Below, one piece after another: positions 39,236 to 48,012 of a stretch of 64,000 bases of DNA; the first letter of the stretch is position 1; each line of letters begins with the position of its first letter. Below the pieces are notes generated by a model. The model saw nothing but the letters and a program-made list of their open reading frames with translations, ran no database searches and was not told where the DNA came from. This stretch comes from Longimicrobiales bacterium (GTDB lineage Bacteria; Gemmatimonadota; Gemmatimonadetes; Longimicrobiales; Gaopeijiaceae): NCBI GenBank assembly GCA_965204735.1, contig OZ242008.1, positions 2,400,001 to 2,464,000 of the forward strand, in the 5' to 3' direction. A program made the translations under genes and the position numbers.

Positions 39236-39531
39236 GCGTCGTCTTCCCTGCGCCGCAGCTCCGCCTCCATGCGGGTCAGGACGGCGTTCGCCTGTCCCCG
39301 AAGGATCGGCCGGGGCTCCCACGCGGCGAAATCCCGAAGCAGGGTGACAGCGTCGATGCTGGCGGGCTCGCCGGTCAGGTGGCGGATCGCGGCCAAGCGG
39401 CGGAACGCGTTGGGGCTGAAGAGGTCGCGGCGGTGCCGCTCGACCTGGTCGCGAAGAACGAGGGCCGCCACCGCGCCGGCGGCGCCGACGCCCAGCAGGA
39501 AGAGCGCCGTCCGCCTCCACCTGCCGCTCAC
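39232..39531 (-). CDS. Small hypothetical protein with N-terminal hydrophobic anchor (99 aa)
   Basis: Coupled by 4-nt overlaps to recR and pgsA; protein-like composition. Confidence 0.7.
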   Translation of the reverse strand: MSGRWRRTALFLLGVGAAGAVAALVLRDQVERHRRDLFSPNAFRRLAAIRHLTGEPASIDAVTLLRDFAAWEPRPILRGQANAVLTRMEAELRRREDDA

Positions 39532-40127
39532 GGTCCCCTCATCTCCTGCCGTCCCGCCAGCGCCTCGCCGATCGTGGTCCCGTCCACGTACTCCAGGTCG
39601 CTCCCCATGGGGATTCCTCGGGCCAAGCGGGTGACCCGCAGCGGGAAGGGACGCAGGAGGTTCTCCACGTAGACCGCGGTGGCTTCGCCCTCCACGCTCG
39701 CGTTGGTGGCGAGGATCACTTCCTCGGCCTCCTCCGAACCGCCCACCCTGCTCACCAGCCCGTCGATGTTGAGCTTCTCGGGACCCACGCCGTCGAGGGG
39801 CGACAGCCGGCCGCCCAGGACGTGGAAGACGCCTCGGTACATGCCGCTGCGATCGATGGCGCCCGCGTCGTAGGCCTCCTCGACCACGCAGATCACCTTG
39901 GAGTTCCGGGCGGGGTCCCGGCACACGCCGCAGGTTTCGTCGTCGCTGTAGCTTCCGCACACCCGGCAGGGCCTGACGCGGTCGGCCACTTCGGCGAGCG
40001 CGGAGGCCAGTCGACGCACGTCCGCCTTCGGCCCCTTGAGAAGATGGTACACCATTCGGGCCGAAGTCTTGGTCCCGATCCCCGGAAGCCGGCCGAACTC
40101 CTGGGCAAGGCTGTCGATCGACGACAC
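39528..40127 (-). CDS. recR: Recombination protein RecR
   Basis: LPGIGTKTS, C4 zinc finger, CVVE, EVILATN, RLARGIP. Confidence 0.97.
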   Translation of the reverse strand: MSSIDSLAQEFGRLPGIGTKTSARMVYHLLKGPKADVRRLASALAEVADRVRPCRVCGSYSDDETCGVCRDPARNSKVICVVEEAYDAGAIDRSGMYRGVFHVLGGRLSPLDGVGPEKLNIDGLVSRVGGSEEAEEVILATNASVEGEATAVYVENLLRPFPLRVTRLARGIPMGSDLEYVDGTTIGEALAGRQEMRGP

Positions 40128-40143
40128 GGCCGGCGCGTTCGGC

Positions 40144-40452
40144 CTAGAAGAGGTCGGAGAGCTGGCCGGGCAGCCCGCCCGCCGTGCGTCTGATCTGCTC
40201 TTCCGAGAACTTGCGGGCGCCGTTCTGGGCGGCGGCCACGGCGGCGACGATGAGGTCCTCGAGCATCTCCGGATCGGAGCGGTCGATGACGGCGGGGTCG
40301 ATCTCGAGGCTCTTGAGGTCGCCCTTGCCGGACACCCGGGCGGTCACCATCCCGCCCCCGGAAGACGCCTCCAGAACCTGGGCGTCCAGCCCGTCCTGGA
40401 ACTCCTGCATCCTTGCCTGCACGTGCTTCATGACCTGCTGGATGTTCGTCAT
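40144..40452 (-). CDS. ybaB: YbaB/EbfC nucleoid-associated protein
   Basis: SGGGMV, DPEMLEDLIVAA; dnaX-ybaB-recR order. Confidence 0.93.
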   Translation of the reverse strand: MTNIQQVMKHVQARMQEFQDGLDAQVLEASSGGGMVTARVSGKGDLKSLEIDPAVIDRSDPEMLEDLIVAAVAAAQNGARKFSEEQIRRTAGGLPGQLSDLF

Positions 40453-40479
40453 TGCCCTTCTCGCTTGTTGGCTGGAACG

Positions 40480-41886
40480 TCACTCCGCCAGCTGAAGGTC
40501 CAGTTCAGCGACGGCTTGATCGAGGAACGGGGCGCGCTTGACCAAGGCCTCCATGCGGGACTTTCTGACGTGGTCCTGGGTCACCCTGGGCTTGCGGCCG
40601 CTTGGAGCGGGAGCCTCGCCCGCGTTGCCCCTGCGAACTTCGACGGGCCGGTCGCGGGCGCGCTCTCGGGGAGCGGCCGGCGGGAGGGCGGACTTCTGCG
40701 CCGGCGTCGAGCGAGGAGACCGGTCCCCGGGGGGCGCGCCGCCGAGCGCCTGGACGATCTCCTCGAGCTCGACGGTCCGGTCCAGGTAGCTCATGCGGAG
40801 CAGCAGCATCTCGATCAGGACGCGGGGCCGGCCGGTGCGGCGCAGGCTGCCCCCCGCCTCCAGCTCCGACGCCATCGCCAGCATCCGGACCAGGTCGCCC
40901 GGGGCGAAGGCCGCGGCGCGCTTCGCGAACGCCTTGCGGGTCTCGGTTCCCACGTCGCCTGCTTCCGCCTTCGGGTCCAGGGAGATGCGCAGCAGCATGC
41001 GGATGCGCTCCGCCAGCCCGTGATAGAACTCGACCAGGTCGTACCCGTCGTCCAGAAGCTCTTCCACGAAGTCGAAGACCGATCCGTGACGGCGCTCCGC
41101 GACCAAGTCGAAGAGCTCCAGGTAGCGCTGCTCGGCGACCACGCCCAGCACGCGCTCGACGGCTTCGGTGGAGACGTCGCTGTCCGACAGCGCCAGCACC
41201 TGGTCCAGCAGGGACAGGGCGTCGCGCATTCCGCCGTCGGCCTTGCGAGCGATCGCCCGCAGCGCGTCTCGCTCGTGGGAGATGCGTTCCCGGTCCAGGA
41301 CCTCGGAGAGGCGGGCGACGATGTCGCCGGCCCCGATGCGCCTGAAGTCGAACCGCTGGCAGCGCGACAGGATCGGCGACGCGGTCTGCTGTATCTTCTG
41401 GGCCTCGGTCGTGGCGAAGACGAAGATCACCCGGGGAGGCGGCTCCTCCAGGATCTTGAGGAGGGCGTTCCACGCTTCGCGGGTGAGCATGTGGGCCTCG
41501 TCGAGGATGTAGACCTTGTGGCGGCCTTCCTCGGAAGGGGCGTACATGGCCCGCTCCCGCAGCTCCCGGGCGTCGTCCACGCCCCGGTTGGAGGCGGCGT
41601 CGATCTCCACCACGTCCAGCGACGTGTGGCCCCCCCAGATGCGGGCGCAGTTCTCGCACTCGCCGCAGGGCTCGCCGTCGGGCGCGCGCTCCGGGCAGTT
41701 GAGGGCCATGGCCAGGATTCTGGCCAGCGTGGTCTTGCCGACGCCCCGGGGGCCGCAGAAGAGGTAGGCGTGACCCACCCGGTTGCCCGAGAGGGCGTGC
41801 TTGAGGGTCTCGGAAACGTGTTCCTGAGTCGAGACGTCGCCGAAGCGGCGGGGCCGGTACTTTCGGGCGAGGGCGAGGTAGGACAA
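40480..41886 (-). CDS. dnaX: DNA polymerase III gamma/tau
   Basis: LARKYRP, GPRGVGKT, EIDAASN, DEAHML, SRC. Confidence 0.96.
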   Translation of the reverse strand: MSYLALARKYRPRRFGDVSTQEHVSETLKHALSGNRVGHAYLFCGPRGVGKTTLARILAMALNCPERAPDGEPCGECENCARIWGGHTSLDVVEIDAASNRGVDDARELRERAMYAPSEEGRHKVYILDEAHMLTREAWNALLKILEEPPPRVIFVFATTEAQKIQQTASPILSRCQRFDFRRIGAGDIVARLSEVLDRERISHERDALRAIARKADGGMRDALSLLDQVLALSDSDVSTEAVERVLGVVAEQRYLELFDLVAERRHGSVFDFVEELLDDGYDLVEFYHGLAERIRMLLRISLDPKAEAGDVGTETRKAFAKRAAAFAPGDLVRMLAMASELEAGGSLRRTGRPRVLIEMLLLRMSYLDRTVELEEIVQALGGAPPGDRSPRSTPAQKSALPPAAPRERARDRPVEVRRGNAGEAPAPSGRKPRVTQDHVRKSRMEALVKRAPFLDQAVAELDLQLAE

Positions 41887-41941
41887 GGGCGCCGTCGTTG
41901 GCGGGCCGCCGCCGGGGGCCGCCGGCCGAGAAGGGGACGAG

Positions 41942-42041
41942 GCGCCCCAGGCTGGCCGCGACAACGTTCACCGCACTTACCGCTGCTGCCTGCGGGGCCC
42001 TGACGGAGTTCATGGGCTCCCGTTCCGCGGGCCTGGGGCGC
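41942..42041 (-). ncRNA. ffs: Small SRP RNA (4.5S)
   Basis: Terminal stem GCGCCCCAGGC/GCCTGGGGCGC; core GAAC..TCAGG-GCC-loop-GGC-AGCAGC..TAAG; usual position before dnaX. Confidence 0.88.
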
Positions 42042-42046
42042 GCTTA

Positions 42047-42074
42047 AAGGTAGCAGCAGCGGGGCGGGGGTCAA
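42047..42074 (-). promoter_or_regulatory. Probable ffs promoter
   Basis: TTGACC-N16-TACCTT ending ~5 nt before the RNA 5' end. Confidence 0.5.
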
Positions 42075-42466
42075 TCCCCTGGGCGCCAGGCGTCGGGGAA
42101 GTGCTCGACTTGGGGCTCGGGACCGGTCAGGTCGATCGACACGGCGTCGAAGCGGTAGGTGGCGGCGCGCGGGCCGTGCTCGTGCATCCAGCGTCGGGCG
42201 GCGGTCTCCACTGCCCGGCGCTTTCGACGGCCGACCGGCGCCAGCGGCGGTCCGCCGGAGCGGGTGGTCCGAGTCTTCACCTCCACGAAGGCGACGGTGC
42301 GCCCCCTCGACGCCACCAAGTCGATCTCCTTGGGGCCGGCGCGGTAGTTGCGGGCGAGGACGGTCCACCCCTCGGCAACCAAGTGCTCGGCGGCCAGCTC
42401 TTCGCCGCGACGGCCGGTCTCGTGCTTGTCGGCTCGGCCCGGCGCTCCGGCGCGGGATCTCGTCAC
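42071..42466 (-). CDS. YraN-family nuclease-like protein
   Basis: [14 protein letters not shown]...EIDL, FVEVKTR, RFD. Confidence 0.92.
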   Translation of the reverse strand: MTRSRAGAPGRADKHETGRRGEELAAEHLVAEGWTVLARNYRAGPKEIDLVASRGRTVAFVEVKTRTTRSGGPPLAPVGRRKRRAVETAARRWMHEHGPRAATYRFDAVSIDLTGPEPQVEHFPDAWRPGD

Positions 42467-43503
42467 GTCCCGCGCCCGCCGCAGGCGGCCAGCGACCGGC
42501 CGATCGCCTCGGCGATTGGGCCGCACTGGGCCACCAGCTCGGCGAACTGCTGCGGATAGAGGCTTTGGGCGCCGTCGGAAAGGGCTGCGGGCGGGTCCGG
42601 GTGCACCTCGACGATCAGGCCGTCGGCGCCGGCGGCCACCGCGGCTCGGGCCATTGGGGTGACCTTGGTGCGGACGCCTGTGCCGTGGCTCGGGTCCGCG
42701 ACGATGGGCAGGTGGGTGAGCGACTTGACCAGGGGAACGGCCGTCAGGTCGAGGAGGTTGCGGGTCTGGGTGTCGAAGCTGCGGACGCCCCGCTCGCAGA
42801 GGATCACGTTGGGGTTGCCGGCGCTCACCAAGTACTCGGCGGCCAGGAGGAGCTCGTTGATCGTGGCGGACATGCCGCGCTTGAGGAGCACGGGCTTCCC
42901 CGCCTTCCCCGCACGCTTGAGTAGGGGGTAGTTCTGCATGTTGCGGGCGCCGATCTGGACGATGTCGGCGTACTGCGCCACCAGCGCGACGCTCTCCGAG
43001 TCCACGGCTTCGGTGACGACGGCCAAGCCGGTCCGCTCTCGGGCCAGGGCCAGCAGCTCCAGTCCCTCTTCGCCCAGCCCCTGGAAGGAGTAGGGGGACG
43101 TGCGGGGCTTGAAGGCGCCGCCCCGCAGCACGCTGGCGCCGGCGTCGCGCACCTGGGCGGCGATCCCGAGGATCTGGTCCCGGCCCTCGACGGCGCACGG
43201 ACCGGCCATGAGGACGACTTCGCGGCCTCCCAGGACCGCCCCGTTGCCCACGTCCACGAGCGTGTCCTCGTCCCGCCACTCCCGGGAGACCTGCTTGTAG
43301 GGCTTGCTGACCTTGATCACCTCGCGGACGCCGGGGAGTCCTTCGAGGCGGGCGGACTCCACCCGGCCGTCGTTGCCCACCAAGCCGATGGCGGTGCGCT
43401 GGCGTCCCGGAATGGGCTGGGCGCCGTAGCCCATCTCGCCGATGGCGTCGACGACGCGGTCGATCTCTTCGGGCGTGGCCCGGTGGTCCATCACGATCAG
43501 CAT
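42463..43503 (-). CDS. aroF: DAHP synthase, class I-beta with N-terminal regulatory domain
   Basis: [35 protein letters not shown]. Confidence 0.95.
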   Translation of the reverse strand: MLIVMDHRATPEEIDRVVDAIGEMGYGAQPIPGRQRTAIGLVGNDGRVESARLEGLPGVREVIKVSKPYKQVSREWRDEDTLVDVGNGAVLGGREVVLMAGPCAVEGRDQILGIAAQVRDAGASVLRGGAFKPRTSPYSFQGLGEEGLELLALARERTGLAVVTEAVDSESVALVAQYADIVQIGARNMQNYPLLKRAGKAGKPVLLKRGMSATINELLLAAEYLVSAGNPNVILCERGVRSFDTQTRNLLDLTAVPLVKSLTHLPIVADPSHGTGVRTKVTPMARAAVAAGADGLIVEVHPDPPAALSDGAQSLYPQQFAELVAQCGPIAEAIGRSLAACGGRGT

Positions 43504-44540
43504 TGGAGTGCCTCGTTGGGCGTCTTGGGGGATGCGGCGTCGGCGGCCCCGAGCGGCGGCGCGCCCGGCTGGCCCAGGCGGAAGCGGTCGCCGTCCTCGG
43601 CGGCCACGGTCGCGCCTTCGTAGCCGGCGGCGCGGACCAGTCCGGGCGCCGCGCTGGGCTTCAGCGGCGGGTAGACATGGACGAGGACGAGCGTTCCCGG
43701 GCGGGCGGCGCCGGCCAGGGCGGCTGCGGAGCGCGGGGTGAGGTGTCCGGGTGCGGGCGGCGGGTCCCCGTACGCGCACTCGGCGACGAGGACGTCCACG
43801 TCCCGGAAGAACGGTCCCAGGGCGGGTTCGGGTCCCGTGTCGCCCGTGCAGCCCAGGGCCGCGCCGTCGAGTTCGGCGCGAACGGCCACCGAGTGGTCGG
43901 CGTGGGGCGTGGGGGCGAAGTGCAGCGCCAAGCCCGCCGGGCGGTCGGTCCAGCGGCCGTCCCGGGGGAGTTCGTGGTAGGCGACCCGGAAGCCGGGGTC
44001 GACGATGAAGTCGCCGTGGGCGGACCGCAGCGCCTTCGCGCGGTCGGCGAGGCCCGGCGGTCCCAGCACGTGGAGCGGTCGCTTCCTGGGAGTCGGGGAC
44101 GCCGACTTGAGGGCGAAGAGGAGGTGGGGGAGGTCGCCGAAGTGGTCGGTGTGGTAGTGGCTGATCACGACGTGGGTCACGGCCCACCACGGCTTGCCGT
44201 GCCGGGCCAGGCCGTGAACGGCGCCGGGGCCGACGTCCAGCAGGACTCGCGTGCGGGCGCTGGCCGGGTCGGGCGCCGCCGCGTCGGCTCGCTCCGGGGC
44301 GGCGGCGGTCCGGTCGGGGGCGGCGCGGTCGGCGCCTTCCAGAAGGCAGCAGGGCGACGAGCGGGAGGCCGAAGGCACGAGGGTGCCGGAGCCGATCACG
44401 GTGAGGATGGGCGGGTTCCCGGGCGCGGCCCTCCGGCGCCGTCGGCTCCCAGCCCCAGGGCCGCGTGCCGGCGGACCGCTTCCACGCCGTCCTTCCCCGG
44501 CACGGCGATGTCCAGAAGGCTCCTGATCTCCCCCCGTCAT
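43497..44540 (-). CDS. Metallo-beta-lactamase-fold hydrolase, RNase Z-like
   Basis: LTVIGSG, LLDVG.G, SHYHTDH, TGDT, LVH; start uncertain. Confidence 0.82.
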   Translation of the reverse strand: MTGGDQEPSGHRRAGEGRRGSGPPARGPGAGSRRRRRAAPGNPPILTVIGSGTLVPSASRSSPCCLLEGADRAAPDRTAAAPERADAAAPDPASARTRVLLDVGPGAVHGLARHGKPWWAVTHVVISHYHTDHFGDLPHLLFALKSASPTPRKRPLHVLGPPGLADRAKALRSAHGDFIVDPGFRVAYHELPRDGRWTDRPAGLALHFAPTPHADHSVAVRAELDGAALGCTGDTGPEPALGPFFRDVDVLVAECAYGDPPPAPGHLTPRSAAALAGAARPGTLVLVHVYPPLKPSAAPGLVRAAGYEGATVAAEDGDRFRLGQPGAPPLGAADAASPKTPNEALQC

Positions 44541-44789
44541 CCGTCTTGTCGCCCTCTGGTCCGTCGGAACCCGGGGAACCCGGCAAGGAACTCCCCCGAT
44601 ACCTGAAGAAACATCGGCGCGCCGGGCGCGGTCAACCCGCTCGCGCAGCCGCGGGACACCTCACCGGGAACCTTGGCCGCCGACCGGAGTAGCAAGAAGT
44701 ACGGGCACAAGCGGACCGGGCCGACCCCGGCCCCCGGGACCAACCGAAGGGGCGGCGGCCCAAGACGCCGCCCGCACCGGAAACGCAAC

Positions 44790-47084
44790 ATGAAAGGCAC
44801 CAAGCAGTTCCTCATCGCGGCCGCCCTGGCAAGCGCAGCGCCACCGTCCCCCACGTTGGCCGCCCAGGTCCCCGACTCGGGGGCTTGGGCGGTCCGAACC
44901 GTCGACCGGCCCAGCGGCGAGCCGGTGAGCGGCGTGCTCGTGGACTTCCCGGCACACGGCGCGAGCGGGGTCACCAACGACCGAGGGCTCGTGGATGGAC
45001 ACGGAGTGGACGCCACCGTCCGAGTGGTCGCCCGGCGGCTTGGGTACGCCGACTTGGACACGCTCGTCGCCGTCCCGAAGCCGGGTGGTGTCGTCGTGCT
45101 AGCCCTCGAGCGCTCCGCCGTCGAGCTGGCGCCGCTGACCGTCAAGGCCGAGCGCCGCATGACGTCCATCGAGCTGCATCGGCTCGTCTTCGACCGGGAG
45201 GTTGCCGTCGGGGCCGTCGGGATGACCCAGGCCGAGATCAAGGCCGTGCCGCCGATGGTCGAGACGGACGTGCTGCGCAGCCTGCAAGCGCTCGCGGGCG
45301 TTTCCAGCGTCAACGACTACTCCGGCGAGCTCTTCGTGCGGGGCGGCGGCAGCGACCAGGTCGCCGTGCTGATCGACGGGGCGCCGGTCTTCGCGCCGTA
45401 CCACATGTTCGGACTCTTTGGAGCGTTCAACGCCGACGCCGTCGAATCCACCGAGTTCTTTCGGGGCTCGATCCCGGCCCGCTACGGCGGCGCGTTGTCC
45501 GGCGTGGTGGCGGCTCGCCAGAAGACGGGGAGCGCCGACGGAACCCACTTCGCCGGCGGCGTCAGCCTGCTGGGCGTCCGGTTCGCCGCCGACGGGAGCG
45601 CGCCGTGGGGAGGACTCCGCTGGCTGGCCGCCGGCCGCAAGGCGTCGGTGGACGTCGCGCAGATCAACGTTCCCTACTCGTTCCACGACCTGAACTTCTC
45701 CCTTGAAGCATTCCCTGCGGACGTGCATCGTCTGCGCCTCTCGGTGTTCGCGTCCGACGACGAGTTCGACTGGGGGCTCAGCAACCGCACGTCGTTCACC
45801 TCCGACTGGGCGAACTTGGCGACTTCGGCCACTTGGTCGTGGGTGCCGGATCACCGGCTGTCCGGCGAAGTCACGGCCTACCACAGCCGCTACGACGGCG
45901 AGCGGACGACCGGGGGCACCTCGTTCTCGCCGGTGACGACCAACCGCATCTCGGCAACGGGGTTCCGTGCCGGGCTTACCCTTCGGGGCGACCAGATCGG
46001 CGGGCGAGCCGGCGTCGCCGCGGAGGCCGGCCCGGTCGCGCTTCGGAGCGCCGGGGGACCGGGCGGCTACGTGGACGGCGACATCTCCGCCTCGTACCAG
46101 CACCTCTCCGCGTTCGCCGAGATGGAGGCATGGGCCGGTCCGGTCAGGATCGCGCCCGGGGTCCGGGCGGGGAGCGAGCGGCGGGCGGGGCGCAACTTCC
46201 TCGAGCCGCGGTTGTCGGTCCGGCTGCGCACCTCCGCCTTCGCGGTGAGCGCCAGCGTGGACCGGACGTACCAGTTCCTGTCGGTGCTGCGGGACGCCGT
46301 CGCCTTGGAGCCGGGCGCTCCCATGTGGTTCCTTCACGGTCGGGAAGCGCCGGCCTCGGCCTCCGACGGCGCGAGCGTGTCGGTGGACACTTGGCGGGGC
46401 GAGGAGTGGACGGCCTCGGTGGCGGGCTGGACCAGGCGGTTCCGAGCGGCGCCCTACTGGCGTCCCGTCCTGACGCGGGACCCGTCGGGCGTCGCATACC
46501 AGGACGGCAGGGCGCGCGGCCTCGAAGTCATGGTGCAGAGGCACTCGGGCCGGGTGCGCGGCTGGATGTCGTATCAATGGGCGCGGGCGGCGTTCGACGC
46601 CGCCGACGGATCGGAGTACGCGCCCCAGTGGGACCGCCGTCACGAACTCGACGCGGTGCTGGCCGCAGATGCGCCGGGCGGCGTCGAAGTGTCGCTGCGG
46701 GCCACGGTAGGCACCGGCGCCCCGTTCTGGTTCCCGGCGGGTTCGTACGATGCGCTTCGCTTCGGGTCCACTCAGCGAGCGCGAGGACGAGAGCTCGGAG
46801 GCGGAAGCTACATGAGCTACCTCGACCAGCTGATCATTTGGTCCGACACCCAAGGCCGGCTTCCGCTCTACGCTCGCCTGGACCTTTCGGCGCGTCGCGC
46901 CTTCCGCTGGGGTTCGTGGGACGTGATTCCCTACCTCGCAGTCGTCAACGCCGGCAACCGCGAGAACGTCTTGCGGTACGACTTCGTGGGTGTTCGCGAC
47001 GACGGAGGAGGGCCGCACCAAGCGTTCCAGCACGGCAGGCAGATGCCGCTCTTCCCTTCCATCGGAATCGACTTTCGGTTCTAG
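44790..47084 (+). CDS. TonB-dependent receptor
   Basis: Signal peptide; plug ETDVLRSLQALAGV..LFVRGG..LIDG; PARYGGALSGV; WDRRH; terminal IDFRF. Confidence 0.9.
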   Translation: MKGTKQFLIAAALASAAPPSPTLAAQVPDSGAWAVRTVDRPSGEPVSGVLVDFPAHGASGVTNDRGLVDGHGVDATVRVVARRLGYADLDTLVAVPKPGGVVVLALERSAVELAPLTVKAERRMTSIELHRLVFDREVAVGAVGMTQAEIKAVPPMVETDVLRSLQALAGVSSVNDYSGELFVRGGGSDQVAVLIDGAPVFAPYHMFGLFGAFNADAVESTEFFRGSIPARYGGALSGVVAARQKTGSADGTHFAGGVSLLGVRFAADGSAPWGGLRWLAAGRKASVDVAQINVPYSFHDLNFSLEAFPADVHRLRLSVFASDDEFDWGLSNRTSFTSDWANLATSATWSWVPDHRLSGEVTAYHSRYDGERTTGGTSFSPVTTNRISATGFRAGLTLRGDQIGGRAGVAAEAGPVALRSAGGPGGYVDGDISASYQHLSAFAEMEAWAGPVRIAPGVRAGSERRAGRNFLEPRLSVRLRTSAFAVSASVDRTYQFLSVLRDAVALEPGAPMWFLHGREAPASASDGASVSVDTWRGEEWTASVAGWTRRFRAAPYWRPVLTRDPSGVAYQDGRARGLEVMVQRHSGRVRGWMSYQWARAAFDAADGSEYAPQWDRRHELDAVLAADAPGGVEVSLRATVGTGAPFWFPAGSYDALRFGSTQRARGRELGGGSYMSYLDQLIIWSDTQGRLPLYARLDLSARRAFRWGSWDVIPYLAVVNAGNRENVLRYDFVGVRDDGGGPHQAFQHGRQMPLFPSIGIDFRF

Positions 47085-47100
47085 AAAGCGAGGCGAACCC

Positions 47101-48012
47101 ATGTTCTTGTCCACACCGACGAAGACGCTGCTTCGTCTTGCGGCCGTCGCCGGGATCGTGGGCGGGTGCGGCGACGCAACCGGCCCCGGCGAGTACCCCG
47201 ATGCGCTGAGCGACGGGCTGATCCTCTTCGCCGTCCTCAACGCCGACTCCACCCGCCATCTGGTCGAAGTGGCAGCGGTCGACCACTACTCGCGCCCGAC
47301 GCTCTCGGGCGTGCGAGCGACGATCCACCAGCGCAACCGCGGCCCCGACGGACCGCAGTGGAGCCTCGTCGCCGAGTGGGACAGCGCGCGGGCCGCCGCC
47401 CGAGGCGCGTCTCTGACCGACAGAGACCAGTGCTGGAGCGCCAGCGACCTCGGGCAGCCGCGGATGCGGGCCACATGGACCATCGTCCCGGCAGAGCACA
47501 AGTACTGCCTGGCCCCGGAGGCCCGCCTGGAGCCGGGCGCCACCTACCGTGTCGAGGCCACGGCGGACGGTCGGGCAGGCGCGTCGGGCGAAACGACGGT
47601 GGTAGGCGACTTCGAAGTCCAAAGTGCGGCCATCTCCGGAAGCCAGGGGACGTACGCGCTGTCCGCCGACTGGGCCCCAAGCATGTCGGCCCACCGCTAC
47701 TTCGTGGGCATCAGGCTGCGCACCACCTTCTGCTCGAACTGCAACGAGCCGTGGTACAGCGTCGTCGACGGGCTGCACTTCGCGGGCGACGTGCCCGACC
47801 TGGCCGTCGACAGCGCAGGACGGGACCCGATGCTGGACGTGGCGGCGGTCGACCGGCACCTGCACGACTACCTCACCACGGGTCACCGAGGCATCCTGCA
47901 CGCCGTCCACCCCGCCCAGAACGTGCGGAACGGCTACGGGGTCGTCGGGTCGGCCAGGTTCCGCAGCCGCCGGCTCGTGGTCTCCGGCGGCTCGTCGCCG
48001 GGACCGCCGTGA
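47101..48012 (+). CDS. Lipoprotein partner of the TonB receptor (DUF4249-like)
   Basis: GAGG RBS; lipobox VGG-C; L.PGATYRVE; C-terminal NVRNGYGVVGS. Confidence 0.7.
   Translation: MFLSTPTKTLLRLAAVAGIVGGCGDATGPGEYPDALSDGLILFAVLNADSTRHLVEVAAVDHYSRPTLSGVRATIHQRNRGPDGPQWSLVAEWDSARAAARGASLTDRDQCWSASDLGQPRMRATWTIVPAEHKYCLAPEARLEPGATYRVEATADGRAGASGETTVVGDFEVQSAAISGSQGTYALSADWAPSMSAHRYFVGIRLRTTFCSNCNEPWYSVVDGLHFAGDVPDLAVDSAGRDPMLDVAAVDRHLHDYLTTGHRGILHAVHPAQNVRNGYGVVGSARFRSRRLVVSGGSSPGPP

Noticed and set aside
40480..41886. Programmed frameshift in dnaX
   Set aside because: No A-rich slippery heptamer seen; single open frame.
44541..44790. Cobalamin or other riboswitch before the TonB receptor
   Set aside because: No recognisable conserved core by eye; only one hairpin.
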